A stretch of DNA of 64,000 bases from Octopus sinensis (GCF_006345805.1 NC_043001.1:74772001-74836000); one strand, 5' to 3'; numbered from the stretch's first letter, positions 12,424 to 25,140 are shown. Translations and numbers: made by a program. The notes: a model not told the origin generated them from the sequence alone.

Positions 12424-12442
12424 GTTATTATTATTATTATTA
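12340..12442. repeat. (ATT)n/(GTT)n microsatellite
   Basis: Direct reading. Confidence 0.95.
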
Positions 12443-14294
12443 TGGCCGCCATACTTTAAAGTCACGGAAATTTGAAGCTCCGTAAGTTGAAATAGTGTTT
12501 GTAATCTTTTTGGCCAACTAAAGCCCCGTGTCTTCATTTTATTGTTACCATTGCATTTATGAGATCGTCTGGACTGCGCCGATAGTATTTTTGTTTAGAA
12601 ATAGCCCCTGTTTTGCAGGGGGTGCGCATCAATACTTTTCTAATCCTAACAACTTTCGGAAAAAGCTAATACTTTGCTATTCATTTAAAGATGGCTGATA
12701 AAGAAGCCATCATAACCTTCGACGCGTTCCTTGTGGGAGAAGAATGAGAACAAAGACGTAGCGTGGCCTACACTTAATGACGCCACTGAGGCGAATTCTG
12801 TTTCGTCTCTAAGCAACGTCAAAACTATCGGCGGCAACAACAACAGCAGTAGCAGCAGTGACTAACAACAACAACGACGACGACGACGACTTTATCAACC
12901 ACAGCAACAACTATATCAACAACAGCAACAACGATACTAACAAAGAAAAATTTAGAAACGTGAATATCACCACTTCCACCGCCTCCGCGGCAAAGCAGGT
13001 TTCTTTTGCCATTGCGGCGAGAAATTTGGAAGATTTCCGCATAGATGAAGAAGAATTGAAAATGGCGAGGAAAACTGTATTAAGGAACGGGAGAAGGGTA
13101 GCTCTAAATCATCCATTCAACTCCCTCTGCGTAGCGGCTTAGGCATGCCATGACTTTTGATGCGCAGTCACGTACTCAGGTTGTGCCACCTGCACCGATT
13201 TCAAGAAGGTGAACGTGTGTGAGCTGTTTTTGAGACATGCTTTTCCGCAGCTCGTCTCCTTGACGGAGCTGCAGTCTTGGGTAAAGGATAGAGCAACACT
13301 GGGCACCTGGCACCTAGAATATTGTCAGACACTCACTGCCTTTTACAAGTCAGGAAATAGGATCGGTGGATGTTCCACTTTAACTAAATACAGAGGATTA
13401 GTAACGGGGAAGTGCGACGACTTCCTAGGCGTCGACGAAGACGAACTGGCAAGTATATTCCGGAGGACTTTCAAGTCGGTGACTACTATAGATAAATTCC
13501 AGTTATCTTGAGCCTGACAGTGCTACCGGGGAGCGCTACCGGTTCGAGATAAACTCTAGATGCACGGATGTGGTGTCAGTCGCGGTTGTCTGAGGTGCTC
13601 GCAGAGCGACGAAACCGTTCTGCATGCACTCGTTTAGTGTCCGAGATTTGCTGACTTGTGGAGCTATGTCGAACAGCTGCTGTCGCGTGTGGGACAGACC
13701 CGTCTGTCGTCCGAGCCCATAGTGATCATTGTCCCGCCGCCTTCCTTTAATCGGGCTGGCAAGGTAGTTTTTCTTTGTCTGGTGGATGTGACGAAAGAAG
13801 CTGTCTGGCAGACGATGCTGGAAGGAATGAGGGGAGATATTCTTCTCTGGTAAAGCTCTAATCGACTTTTTCAAGTTTCAATTGAAAAGAAAAGTGAGGG
13901 TCGAGGGGGAGGTGCTGCCCTCGAGTGAGTTTATGATTAGTTGAGTGAAAGTTATGAAAATGGCAAGAGTGGATGGTACCGCTCTCAATGAAAACCTGTG
14001 AGTCGGTGGAAAAGAGTTGGAGAGGGCACTCGTTCTTGGTATTCAGGGTTATCTTGGATGATGGGGTTCCTCGATTATCCCTAGAGGTCCTCCTGTATCA
14101 GGAGGGCTCTACCACAATCAATTGTTTTTTCCTCTTCTTCTAATACCATATACTATGTACACTTTCCTTCTTTTAGTGTATACCGTGTATACTTGTTTTT
14201 TTATTTATCATTCCAGCATGTGTAAAGCCCAACACTTTACGTCTGACTGTATTGCCCCCCCCCCATCCTTCACCCCGGTGACAAATAAAAGAAA

Positions 14295-14297
<3 letters not shown>
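12443..14297 (+). mobile_element. Internally deleted Tx1-like (L1 clade) LINE
   Basis: Asn-rich putative ORF1 start (VSFAIAA..EEELKM), C-terminal zf-RVT region LAWQCYRGALPV..CLRCSQSDETVLHALV.CP, 3' UTR with AATAAA then (ATT)n; 5' boundary inferred. Confidence 0.7.
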
Positions 14298-14365
<68 letters not shown>

Positions 14366-14391
14366 GTTGTTGTTGTTGTTATTGTTATTAT

Positions 14392-14794
14392 TGAGTGAGA
14401 GAGCAGTGCATGCCATCAAAGTGACACTGAGGTACAAATATACGAAGCCCAATATACCCATCATGACTACCCGTCTGATAAGGGTATACCAGGCACATGC
14501 ATCACAACCATATGTGCGCGACATGGTGATATAATATCAAGATAAACAGGTCATGAGCTTGCAGGTGAAGCCCAGTTAGAATTTTCTTTTGGTTGAGTAG
14601 CCCATCCCGTTCAAAAGATCCCTGAATAAGGGTTGTTTAAGGATATTGAACGAAACACCCATATTTCCAAAGGTGAATTATCCAAACCCCAAAGAATACC
14701 TCTCAACACATAGTTATGATGCTCCCCAACTACTTCTGCTTGACATCAGAGATGCACATATCGTCAGCCACTAAGTGACATGCTCAACTGGTTA

Positions 14795-14796
<2 letters not shown>
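14392..14796 (-). mobile_element. Non-coding retroposon-like unit, copy 1, (AAT)n tail
   Basis: High similarity to 14982-15365; flanked by ATT microsatellites. Confidence 0.6.
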
Positions 14797-14855
<59 letters not shown>

Positions 14856-14862
14856 CATCATT

Positions 14863-14893
<31 letters not shown>

Positions 14894-14895
14894 CC

Positions 14896-14981
<86 letters not shown>

Positions 14982-14982
<1 letters not shown>

Positions 14983-15516
14983 GAGTGAGAGAGCAGTGCA
15001 TGCCATCAAAGTGACACTGGGGTAAAATATACGAAGCCCAATATACCCATCATGACTACCCGTCACATGCATCACAACTATATGTGCGCGACATGGTGAT
15101 CTCATATCAAGATAAACAGCACATGACCTTGCAGGTGGGGCCCAGTTAGAATTTTCTTCAGGTTGAGTAGCCCATCCCGCTCAAAAGGTCTCTGAATAAG
15201 GGTTGTTTAAGGATGTTGAAAGAACCACCCATGTTTCCAGAGGTGAATTATTCAAACCCCAAAGAATCCCCCCCAACACATGGCCATGATGCTCCCCCAC
15301 TACTTCTGCTCGTGATCAGAGATGCACATATCGTCAGCCACTAAGGGACATGCTCAACTGGTTACGGTCAAACAACTCACAAGCAGATCTGTGGCATTGA
15401 GCAGAATATTTGCTGTAGCCCATCTTTTATACCAAGACAAAACAATGTACATGATAACGCAGAATATTTGCTGTAGCCCATCTTTTATACCAAGACAAAA
15501 CAATGTACATGATAAC
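14982..15516 (-). mobile_element. Non-coding retroposon-like unit, copy 2, with 58-bp tandem duplication
   Basis: Same unit as 14392-14796 plus extension; exact duplication 15401-15458 / 15459-15516. Confidence 0.6.
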
Positions 15517-15535
15517 TTATTATTATTATTATTAA

Positions 15536-15586
<51 letters not shown>

Positions 15587-16034
15587 GCTACAATATAGAA
15601 AAATAGCTTCTGATAAAAACAACAGGTAAATGAATAGTTTTGAAATGAAACAGGTAAGACATATAGGTTCTCCACCCTGGATAACATGTCAGATGTTGAC
15701 AGGTGACATTATCAAAATATCTACAGCTGAATAAAGAACGAGTGTGTAATACGAAGTGATTTTTCTTACACACGTAAAACAAAAACAGAAACTATATACT
15801 TTCACACAGCCATGGTATCACGCCCCATTAACCGCAAGTCAAATATCGTGGGCATAAAGTTATATGTTTGTGCGTGTGTATGTGTGTGTGTGTGTGTGTG
15901 TGCAAAAATAGATGCACATACATACACATGCATACATATATGCGTGTGTGTGTATATATACATACACATATACACATACATACATAAACACACACACATA
16001 TATATACACACATATCCTTGGTGCATTTATATAT

Positions 16035-16480
16035 ACATACATATATATATATATAAAACTGAGAATGTGTGTCTGTCTGTCTGTCTGTGTGAATCCCTAA
16101 AACCTGAGAACTACACAACCAATTTCATTCAAATTTTACACATGCCTTACTTAGGGTCCATGTAGTGTCATGGGCAAAAAAGATTTTAACTTCTTGCCTA
16201 GGGCGAGCCCACAGCAATATCCTATCTTCTCCACTATTTCAGTATTACGTGTCAAAAGTAAAACAAAAACGTTTCTCTATTGTAATGTCAGATACTTTCA
16301 CTTTAATACTGAAACTATTAATTAAAGTGAAACTATTATATAAGAGGAATGAACCAATAACAGTGGACATCCATTTTGCAAGAAGAAGATCCTCTATGGT
16401 TTTATATGCTACACCACTGGTTTTAAATTCATACTAATCAAATTTATATTCAATTTTTCACCCTTATTATTTTAAATTTA
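16035..16480 (+). mobile_element. Non-autonomous Helitron-like 5' end
   Basis: ATATATATAAAACTGAGAATGTGTGTCTGTCTG...ACCAATTTCATTCAAATTTT, same style as 40174-41046 and 58490-58920; no 3' hairpin/CTAG found. Confidence 0.5.
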
Positions 16481-16574
16481 AATTTACATGTATCTATATA
16501 TAGATAGATGTATACATATAGATGTATATATATATATAGATGTGTGTATATGTATATATATATATACATGTATA

Positions 16575-16615
<41 letters not shown>

Positions 16616-16811
16616 ATATATAGATGTATATGTATACATGTGTATGTATAGATATATTTCTATAGATATAAATGTATATGTATACATGTATGTGTAGATT
16701 ATATATATATATATATAGATGTACATGTAATATGTACACATATATATATACACATATATACATGCATACACACATATACACCTACCCCCCCCCCCACACA
16801 CACACACATAC

Positions 16812-17150
16812 ATAGGTGCAGGTGTGGCTGTGTAGTAACAAACTTGGTTCCAAAACACATGGTCCTCAGTTCAGTCCCACTGTGTGGTAACTTGGCATGT
16901 GTCTTCTGCTATAACCTCAGACCAACCAAAAGCCTTGTCAGTGGATTTTCTAGACAGAAACTGAAAGAAATCAATTGTATATATATGTATGTATATATGT
17001 AAGTCTATGTATGTATCTTTGTGTTTCTCCCTCATCACCGCTTCACAACTGGTGTTCATTTATTTACATCCCCATAACTTACTGGTTTCACAAGAAGAAA
17101 CGGATAGAAAGGGTAACAGGCTTATCAAAATAAAAAAAAAACACTAGGCA
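16812..17150 (+). mobile_element. SINE family C, diverged full copy
   Basis: GGTGCAGGTGTGGCTGTG..GTTCAGTCCCAC head, TA/TATG spacer, tail. Confidence 0.7.
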
Positions 17151-17196
17151 GTGTCTCATATTTCTGTTTGCCCACTCAGTTATATCTATCAATTTA

Positions 17197-17254
<58 letters not shown>

Positions 17255-17280
17255 TGTATATATATATATATATATATATA

Positions 17281-17734
17281 TAGTGTAATAAATAAAATAT
17301 ATGCATACATACATGCATATATGTACGTACCTACATCTACATGTATATATACATGCATATATAAATATATATACGTGAGTACAGGACACCACAAATAGAC
17401 GTAGAACTCAACGAGAAACGAAAACGGAAAAACAAGTATGGAACAAACCATTTTTTTACAACAGAAAAACAGAGTACAAAAAAATCCCCTTCATCAGCTG
17501 TCCCTAGTTCAACTCCAGCGTGTTTCGAAGGTAGGACAGTAATAAATAAGAAAACAAACGAAAAAGGCCTTTTTCTGGCTTAGACGAAGATTCTGGCGAG
17601 CGCAAGGGAAAAAGTGTGTTTACAGTTTGGAGGCCGCATGTAAAAAGGAAGTAGTTGGCTGGCAGTGAGAAAGATGAGGAGGCGTGAGAGAGAGAGAGAT
17701 AGAGGAAGACAAGCGGCTGAGAGAGAGATGAGGA

Positions 17735-17765
<31 letters not shown>

Positions 17766-18354
17766 TAGGGAAAGAAAGGAAGGTAAAGCAAGGAGATATG
17801 GAGTTTCGCGTCATAATTATATATAAAACAGTACTTGGAGAAGAATAACGGAACGAAACGAACGAATCGAATCGAATCGACGCGGGGGCGCTCAGTCATA
17901 CAATAGTGTAATAAATAAAATATATGCATACATACATGCATATATGTACGTACCTACATCTACATGTATATATACATGCATATATAAATATATATACGTG
18001 AGTACAGGACACCACAAATAGACGTAGAACTCAACGAGAAACGAAAACGGAAAAACAAGCATGGAACAAACCATTTTTTACAACAGAAAAACAGAGTACG
18101 TTATAAAAAATGGTTTGTTCCATGCTTGTTTTTCCGTTTTCGTTTCTCGTTGAGTTCTACGTCTATTTGTGGTGTCCTGTACTCACGTATATATATATTT
18201 ATATATGCATGTATATATACATGTAGATGTAGGTACGTAAATATATGTATGTATGCATATATTTTATTTATTACACTATTGTATGACTGAGCGCCCTCGC
18301 GTCGATTCGATTCGATTCGTTCGTTTCGTTCCGTTCTTCTTCTCCAAGTACTGT

Positions 18355-18360
<6 letters not shown>
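17281..18360. repeat. Direct plus inverted triplicated unit, PLE pseudo-LTR-like
   Basis: 17281-17477 repeated at 17904-18098; about 17820-18080 inverted at 18104-18360 with short spacer. Confidence 0.8.
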
Positions 18361-18395
<35 letters not shown>

Positions 18396-18478
18396 ATAAG
18401 GGTGGAAAGGAACACACGAGTTGATATATATGTAAAAATAAGTCAAAATAGAAAATGCTAAAATAATTTTATAGTGAA

Positions 18479-18526
18479 CATTTCAGTACCGGTTTCGGTC
18501 ATTTTGAGACCTTTTCAACTGTAACG
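18479..18526 (-). ncRNA. Minimal hammerhead ribozyme, U3:A8 core (inverted pLTR copy)
   Basis: CGTTACAG-TTGAAAA-GGTC(TCAAAAT)GACC-GAAA-CCGGT-A-CTGAAATG; 4-bp stem II, 7 of 8 stem I pairs. Confidence 0.75.
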
Positions 18527-18739
18527 ATTAAATAATTAAATTTAGAAAAATTAGAAGAAAAGTTTTTTAAAGGAATATTTCTATAGTAGTGTTCAGATAT
18601 AAGTGGCATTCTGCTTTTCTCTGACTCCCTTGTTTGCACTTGTGTGTTGGAGGTCGTTGTGAATTCTTGGTAGGGTAGAAGAAGAAGAAGAAGAAGAAGA
18701 AGAAGGCTGATGTGGAGAGGGGGTGGGAAAATCTGAAGG

Positions 18740-19489
18740 GAACTAAAAGATACCCTCATCACCAGGAACTATCCACCTTCACTTATTGACAAGTGCATTC
18801 AACGTGCCCTTCAACTTAACATCAAGGAACTGAGACATCCCAAATCAAAGAAAAACTTACAACGAAAAGCCTTACCATACATCTCCACACACAACCCTCT
18901 CAATAACGAAGCCATCGGCACCATCCTCCACAACATACCCCTCCTAAAAAAAGACCACAGAATGAACACAATCCTCCAAATACACACGATCATAAAAAGC
19001 AAGAGACAGCCTAAATCCATGAAAAGTCTTCTAACATAAGCCCGAATTCACTCTTCAACACAGAAGCCGACAGTAAAAAAATGTGGAAGACCCAATTGCG
19101 GGATATGCGACTATCTAATTGAGGGATCAGAGTTCTCCTTCAAACAGGGACAACGGTTTACAGTGAAAAGCAACTTCACATGTGCTTCGGAGAACCTAAT
19201 ATACTCACTAACCTGCTCCGTGTGTCAAGAGCAGTACATAGGCCAAACGAAAAATAGTTTGCGTAAACGAATGGCCCTGCACAGATCCCAGATAAAAATT
19301 CCCCAAAACAGAAAAATAGCTTTTAGCCAACACATAGATACTTGCGCCAACAAAAAAAACACCAAGCTTCAGGATTTTCCCCCTCTACCAATTTAGGGAC
19401 GATACAACCTCGAGACAACGAATAAGTAAAGAAAATCTCTTTATTACAAAATACAGGCCACTTCTTAACGGGTCTACGACAAACAATTA
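18740..19489 (+). pseudogene. PLE-C RT thumb plus GIY-YIG endonuclease
   Basis: ELKDTLITRNYP..LPYISTHNP, CGRPNCGIC, LIYSLTCSVCQEQYIGQT; a stop and a late frameshift. Confidence 0.92.
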
Positions 19490-20214
19490 ATATACCTCAA
19501 CTTTAGAATAAAAGAAATATACACACACAAATATTACATTCCAAAGAATCCATTACTAACTTTCACCCATTCATATTCTCCCTTCTCTGTTTTTTTCTTC
19601 TTCTTCCTCTTCTTCTTCATCATCATCATTATCATCATCATCGTCGTCATCATCATCACCACCATCATCATCATCTTCTCCTTCTCCTTCTTCTTCTTCT
19701 TCTTCTTCTTCATCATCATCATCATCAACATCGTCATCTTCTCCTTCTTCTTCTTCTTCTTCTTCTTCTTCTTCTTCTTCTTCTTCTTCTTCTTCTTCTT
19801 CTTCTTCTTCTTCTTCTTCTTCTTCTTCTTCTTCTTCTTCTTCTTCTTCTTCTTCTACTTCTCCACCTTCTACCTCTTAACTTTGTCACTAATGCTTTTT
19901 TAGTATAACACCTACGCAAATTCCATAACAAGCCTGTCAATAGAAATATTCTCCTGAATTGAACTGCGACTGCTAGCCGCCACTGACCATTCAAAATACG
20001 ACCATCAGGGCACTCCCAGATTTTCCCATCCCCTCTCCACATCAGCGTTCTTCTTCTTCTTCTACCCTACCAAGAATTCACAACGACCTCCAACACACAA
20101 GTGCAAACAAGGGAGTCAGAGAAAAGCAGAATGCCACTTATATCTGAACACTACTATAGAAATATTCCTTTAAAAAAACTTTTCTTCTAATTTTTCTAAA
20201 TTTAATTATTTAAT

Positions 20215-20262
20215 CGTTACAGTTGAAAATGTCTCAAAATGACCGAAACCGGTACTGAAATG
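20215..20262 (+). ncRNA. Minimal hammerhead ribozyme, U3:A8 core (direct pLTR copy)
   Basis: Same as 18479-18526 except G-to-T at 20230 breaking the first stem II pair. Confidence 0.65.
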
Positions 20263-20319
20263 TTCACTATAAAATTATTTTAGCATTTTCTATTTTGACT
20301 TATTTTTACATATATATAT

Positions 20320-20371
<52 letters not shown>

Positions 20372-20379
20372 TAAACAGT

Positions 20380-20580
20380 AAAAATAATTACAGACATGGA
20401 CAAGAACATGAAACACCACAGAGACGACACAAGAACCACAGGACGGGACATTCGAAGCCCTCAGTCATCAGTCAAGAACCAGATCATCTTAGCAATTTCG
20501 GCTGATTAATCTTGAGATTGCTCCGATATGGGCAGCCCGCCAAGTGAAATCTAAGCCAAGCGCATTAGATCCCCTGGAAG

Positions 20581-20614
<34 letters not shown>

Positions 20615-20865
20615 GAAATATGTTACAAAAAGAAATATAAAATACACGTGGAAATGTAATGGTAAAACATGAAAAATCAACGAAAATGCACATTGTAAAT
20701 AAAAAAAGGCTTTTTATGACAGGTAACGACAAATATATACATTTAGATGGACTGAGGTAGTAATAAAAGTCATAAAAGTCATTATTATGAGATGATTATA
20801 AGATGATAATAAAGTCAGAAAACAAAGCGAACCATGGTTTCCGCAAAGCTATTCATCGCTTTGAA
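20380..20865 (-). repeat. PLE-associated non-coding tail / pLTR-like sequence
   Basis: Directly follows PLE-D coding end; starts with a hammerhead-like fold; TA runs. Confidence 0.45.
20823..20863 (-). ncRNA. Hammerhead-like fold with A3:U8 core
   Basis: CAAAGCG-ATGAATA-GC(TTT)GC-G-GAAA-CCATGGT-T-CGCTTTG; perfect 7-bp stem I, palindromic stem III, one extra G before GAAA. Confidence 0.5.
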
Positions 20866-22590
20866 GACACCGTTTTAAGCTCATAATTTTGTATAAGCTT
20901 AAAGTTTCGTTCATTGTTTTGTCTGCTGTGAGGATGGGAAGATTTTGGGTGATGATGTTAAAGGCTTCATTGTTTCTAGGGTTATGTGTGGAAATGTACG
21001 GGAGTATTTTTAAGTCTTGTTTAGTATTTCGGCTGGCTTTCCTTAACATTTGTATATCTATTTCCTTAGCTCTTTTGATGCCTTCATTTATTAATGAGAT
21101 TGGGTAATGTCTTTTAGTTAGTGTAGATCTAAGTTCAAGGAGTCTTTGTTCTCGAGTATATGTATCATAAACTATGGTGCAGATTCTTTTCGCTAGGTTA
21201 AAGGGTATGTTGATTTTTATGTGTTTGGGGTGGCAGGAGTTAAATAATAGGTATTGTTTTTAGAATCTGTGGGTTTATAAAAGATGTCTGTTTCTATGTG
21301 GTTGTTAACTATTCTAATTAAGATGTCTAGAAAAGGGAGTTGTTTACTGTTGTGTTCCATAGTGAATTGTATATTGCTGTGTATGTTGTTGAGCATTCTT
21401 TTGAAATCAAGGAGTTTATCCATGCTGTCTTTCCAAAGTATGAAGCAATCATTCAAATATCTCTTCCAGTTCTCCTTTAAGTAGCAATTAAAAGAGGCGC
21501 CATATTTTTCTAGTGATGATTGGTATAACTTGAGTTCGAGGTAACCCATTACAAGGTTTGCAATCACTGGAGCAGCTCTGGTTCCCACTGAAATTCCATA
21601 TTTTTGTCGATAGTAAGTTGTATCGAACATGGAATGATTGTTCAGCAGGATGAATTTCAGTGCTTCAATTATAAAACTGTGGTTAATACGTCCTGGGATC
21701 TCTTCTGGGTATTTTTCTAGCCAGAATGTGATTGCTTCTATACCATAGTCGTGTGGGATATTGGTGTATAGATTCACCACATCGAAAGATACCAGCTGGG
21801 TTCCGTCCTTTACTGTCTTCGGGAGATGGTTCAGCATGTCTAGGTCATCCCTGATAAAGCTTTTCACATATTTTAAAAGAGGTTTGAGTAATATGTCGAG
21901 GAAGTTGCTCAAACGGTGGGTTTCACAAGAAGGGCCAGCTATGATGGGTCTCAGCTTGAGGTCAGTAGGGGGAGGGACATTAATGCGTGGGTTGTAGAGA
22001 CTTTGCAGGCTTCACAAATGTGTGGATTTTTATGTATTTTGGGTAATCCGTAGAATAGACTAGGACTGTGTTTAAAATTGGATAAATAGTCTATTTCATG
22101 TGTAGTGAGACCCTTTCCATGAATTTGGAGTAAGGAGGATAAGTTTTTCAGTGTTTTCTGTGGGTTGTAATATGTTAATTTCTCATAGTAAGTATTATTT
22201 TCCAACATGGAAAGTATTAGATTTTTGTAGTACTCTGTTTCCATCACTACTACCGCACTTCCTTTGTCGGCTTCTTTAATGATGAGGTTTATGTCATTTT
22301 TTTAGCTCGACAAAGTCTTTCCATTCATTTGAATTAAGGTTGGATTTAATATGTTGTTTTGGAAGGGTATTGTAAGGAAAACAAGTTATGTGATCACAAA
22401 AAACATCAAGTGCTTTATTTCTGCCTTTTGCAGGACGGTATTCCCTTTTGTTTTTCACTATTGAATCATCTTCGCTGGTGTAGTTGTGAAATACTTCTGT
22501 GAGGCGTAATTTTCGGCAGAAGTCCATAGTATTGTCCTTTATTTCATTTGGGTTCGAACTGCGGGGGGTAGGGGTAAATTTTAAACCTCT
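20865..22590 (-). pseudogene. Penelope-like element PLE-D reverse transcriptase, endonuclease absent
   Basis: RGLKFTP..DFCRKLRL, IKEADKGSAVV, FYGLPKIHK, LVSFDVVNLYTNIP, YRQKYGISVG, WKRYLNDCF, LPYISTHNPRN. Confidence 0.93.
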
Positions 22591-22603
22591 TGCTAGGATT
22601 TTG

Positions 22604-22649
<46 letters not shown>

Positions 22650-23274
22650 GGTTTCAGGCCAAAGTCGACGATACTTTATGCCTCCTTTTTTTCAGGAACA
22701 GTTTGATATTGGTGAACTGTAAACGGTGTTGGAGAGCATAACGATTAACGGTGTAATGGGTAAAAAGTTAGCTGACATGGAAGAATGGAAGCCTTCTGAA
22801 TATTGGAAAATAGATACCTGTATCATAGTGATTCGCTCCGGGTGTCAAAATGTTGACATCATAACTGCTTCTCAATGCTCTCTGAACACTAAAGGCTGTA
22901 AGACGTGACATGGACAGCTGCAAAGGAGATTGCGATGCTGTGGCCAGAAAGAAGAAAGACAGCAGGCGTTCGAACTGCGTCTATACGACGGCATTCATCC
23001 TACATCTTTTAACAGGGCCATAGGCTCGATTCAGATGGCTCTGTGAAGCTACTGAAGACTGTGGTCAATCTTTGGCTAGAGAGGGTTGTTGCTGGAAGAC
23101 TTCCAGTCCTTCATGTCCGCTAACTTTTTCTCAACTGTAGCCGTTGACTGTTTACCAATACATCAAACTGTTCCTAAAAAAAGAGACATAAAATATTTTC
23201 CAATTTAGCCCAAACACTGTCTATATACGTACATATACATATATGTGTGTGTATATTTACGATACATACGTACG

Positions 23275-24111
23275 TAGGAAAAACAGTAAAATGTGACAAC
23301 CGATGCAGACTTTGTGGAGTTAACGCTTAAGATATCACCCACATCATAAGCAGTAGTCCGAAAATGTCATCACGGTGTTATCTACCGATGAGACATGATG
23401 TTATCGCTCGGATAATCTATAATGAAATCCATCGGATGGATAACCCCGAGGACAAATAAATAAGACCCCACTGTATGATAGAAGTCATAGCCACTCACAA
23501 TAGAAAGCAGTGCTGGTGAAATGTCCAAGTGAAGACCTCAATAAAATGTTAGCACAACAGACCTGATATAATGATTTGGGATAGAGAAAACAAAATGTGT
23601 ACAGTTGTAGAAAGTAGCTGCCCAGCGGATGTTGACATAAAGCTGAAGATCAGTGAAAAAGAGAATATTTATGCTGAACTACTGAGAAATCTGAAGTTAC
23701 TCTATCCAGATTACAAGTTCAGGTTTATACCTGTATTCATTGGGGCACTGAGATATGTAACACACTATCTAAATACCAATCTTGAGAAATTAGGCTTCTC
23801 AAAACCAGAAAGGAGAAAGTTAATTCGAAAACTGCGGATCCAGTCCATCACTGGAACTATAAAAATCTGTAAAACTTTCCAGAAGTTTATCATTTAAATA
23901 TGTATGAGCATTGCATGTCTAGATATGAAACTATATGCGAATACATACAAATCTGCACAATTAACTACATACATAGAAACAAAAATACCCTGTTGTTGAT
24001 GTTGAAATTCCAATGAAGGAGCCTTGGATCTAGGTTAGAAACCAGCTCTTTCTCTATTGGCCAGAAATATTGAAATAAAACTGAATAATGACAAATACAT
24101 ACATACATACA

Positions 24112-24140
<29 letters not shown>
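23275..24140 (+). mobile_element. 3' end of RLE-type (R4/Dong-like) LINE with (ATAC)n tail
   Basis: CRLCG..THIISS..RHD zinc knuckle; IWDRENKMCTVVESSCPAD..EKENIYAEL RLE domain; 3' UTR then (ATAC)n. Confidence 0.85.
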
Positions 24141-24143
<3 letters not shown>

Positions 24144-24180
24144 AATGGAGTTTAACGCAGGTATAATTCAAATACTTTTA

Positions 24181-25140
24181 CTTCCGACACATGTTTCGAA
24201 TATTTTACTGATATTATTCAAAAGAATAAATGGTATAAAACAATGCAATCTTCTCTTCAGGGAAGTGAAGAAATGAAACTCGTCAATATGACATTTTAAC
24301 AGAAAATGATGGATACGTATAGTGATTTACTGAACGCTATTGATATTGTTTGAAAAACGTTATATGATATAATGTCAGAAGTAGCCTATAGAAAGAGAAG
24401 GGATATTTTTAGTGAATGTTAAATATAAAAAAAATTAATGTTTAAATTATATATAATGATAGAGATTACTTATATGAACTAAAGGTGTGATTTTGCCAAT
24501 GTTTACATCGGTATGCACGCTCTATAACCGTGTTTACTAGGGGATTTTTAGAAAAAATGATGAAAAATACTTCAGAATTACAGAGAAGACAGAATTCCTT
24601 GCCTTTGTCATAAGGTATCGGGAATGAGAGAATCAACCATTCTAAATTAAATTGTTCATTGTGGTCTTTTAGATCCCAAATTAATTTACTGAACTATTAC
24701 GTTTATTCCTATCCCTAAATGTTGAGTAATGGATAGAAATTCTTTAAGATAACTCTAGCGACGTGCTTCCAATGTAAAATCGTACTTTATTACGAGCACT
24801 GATTATATACTGGTATATAGAATTTTTAATTTTAGAGTTACTTGACATAAACTTAATTCTGTTAGAATTGACTTCAGATACAATAACCTTGTTATTAATA
24901 TCTCTAGAGGGATAGATGGTATTAGCTAAATTAATGTTAGTATTAGTAAATGTATTAATATTTAGCAGTTTGTTATTATGTAAAGAGATAATTTGTAAGA
25001 GATTTTTGTGCTGGAAAAACCAATCCTAACCGTATGTGAATTGATAAAAGAGTAATACCTAGAATTCTTTGGAAAATTCCCAACAATAGCTTGACGAAAT
25101 AGCAGTGGGAGATTAGATTAAATTTTTTCCGTGTTTATTG
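24181..25140 (+). mobile_element. Decayed PLE C-terminus and 3' UTR with inverted decayed hammerhead at 24181-24224
   Basis: Degenerate KRRDIFSEC-like C-terminal motif near 24400; minus-strand GAAACATGTGTC motif. Confidence 0.35.

Larger units (their letters stand above)
18424..20316 (+). mobile_element. Penelope-like element PLE-C with inverted pseudo-LTR
   Basis: 18424-18735 is the reverse complement of 20017-20316; encloses RT thumb/GIY-YIG segment and 3' UTR with CAT/CTT microsatellite. Confidence 0.88.

Noticed and set aside
15401-15516. CRISPR-like repeats (also 43146-43190 and 55715-55746)
   Set aside because: Adjacent tandem duplications with no unique spacers and no cas genes, in eukaryotic context
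17475-17535. Circularly permuted hammerhead on the minus strand (GAAAC...CTGATGA)
   Set aside because: Stems I and III do not pair convincingly; the similar CTGACGA at about 50040 has no GAAA partner
20440-20500. CTGATGA...GAAT hammerhead-like motif on the minus strand
   Set aside because: GAAA replaced by GAAT and no stem I
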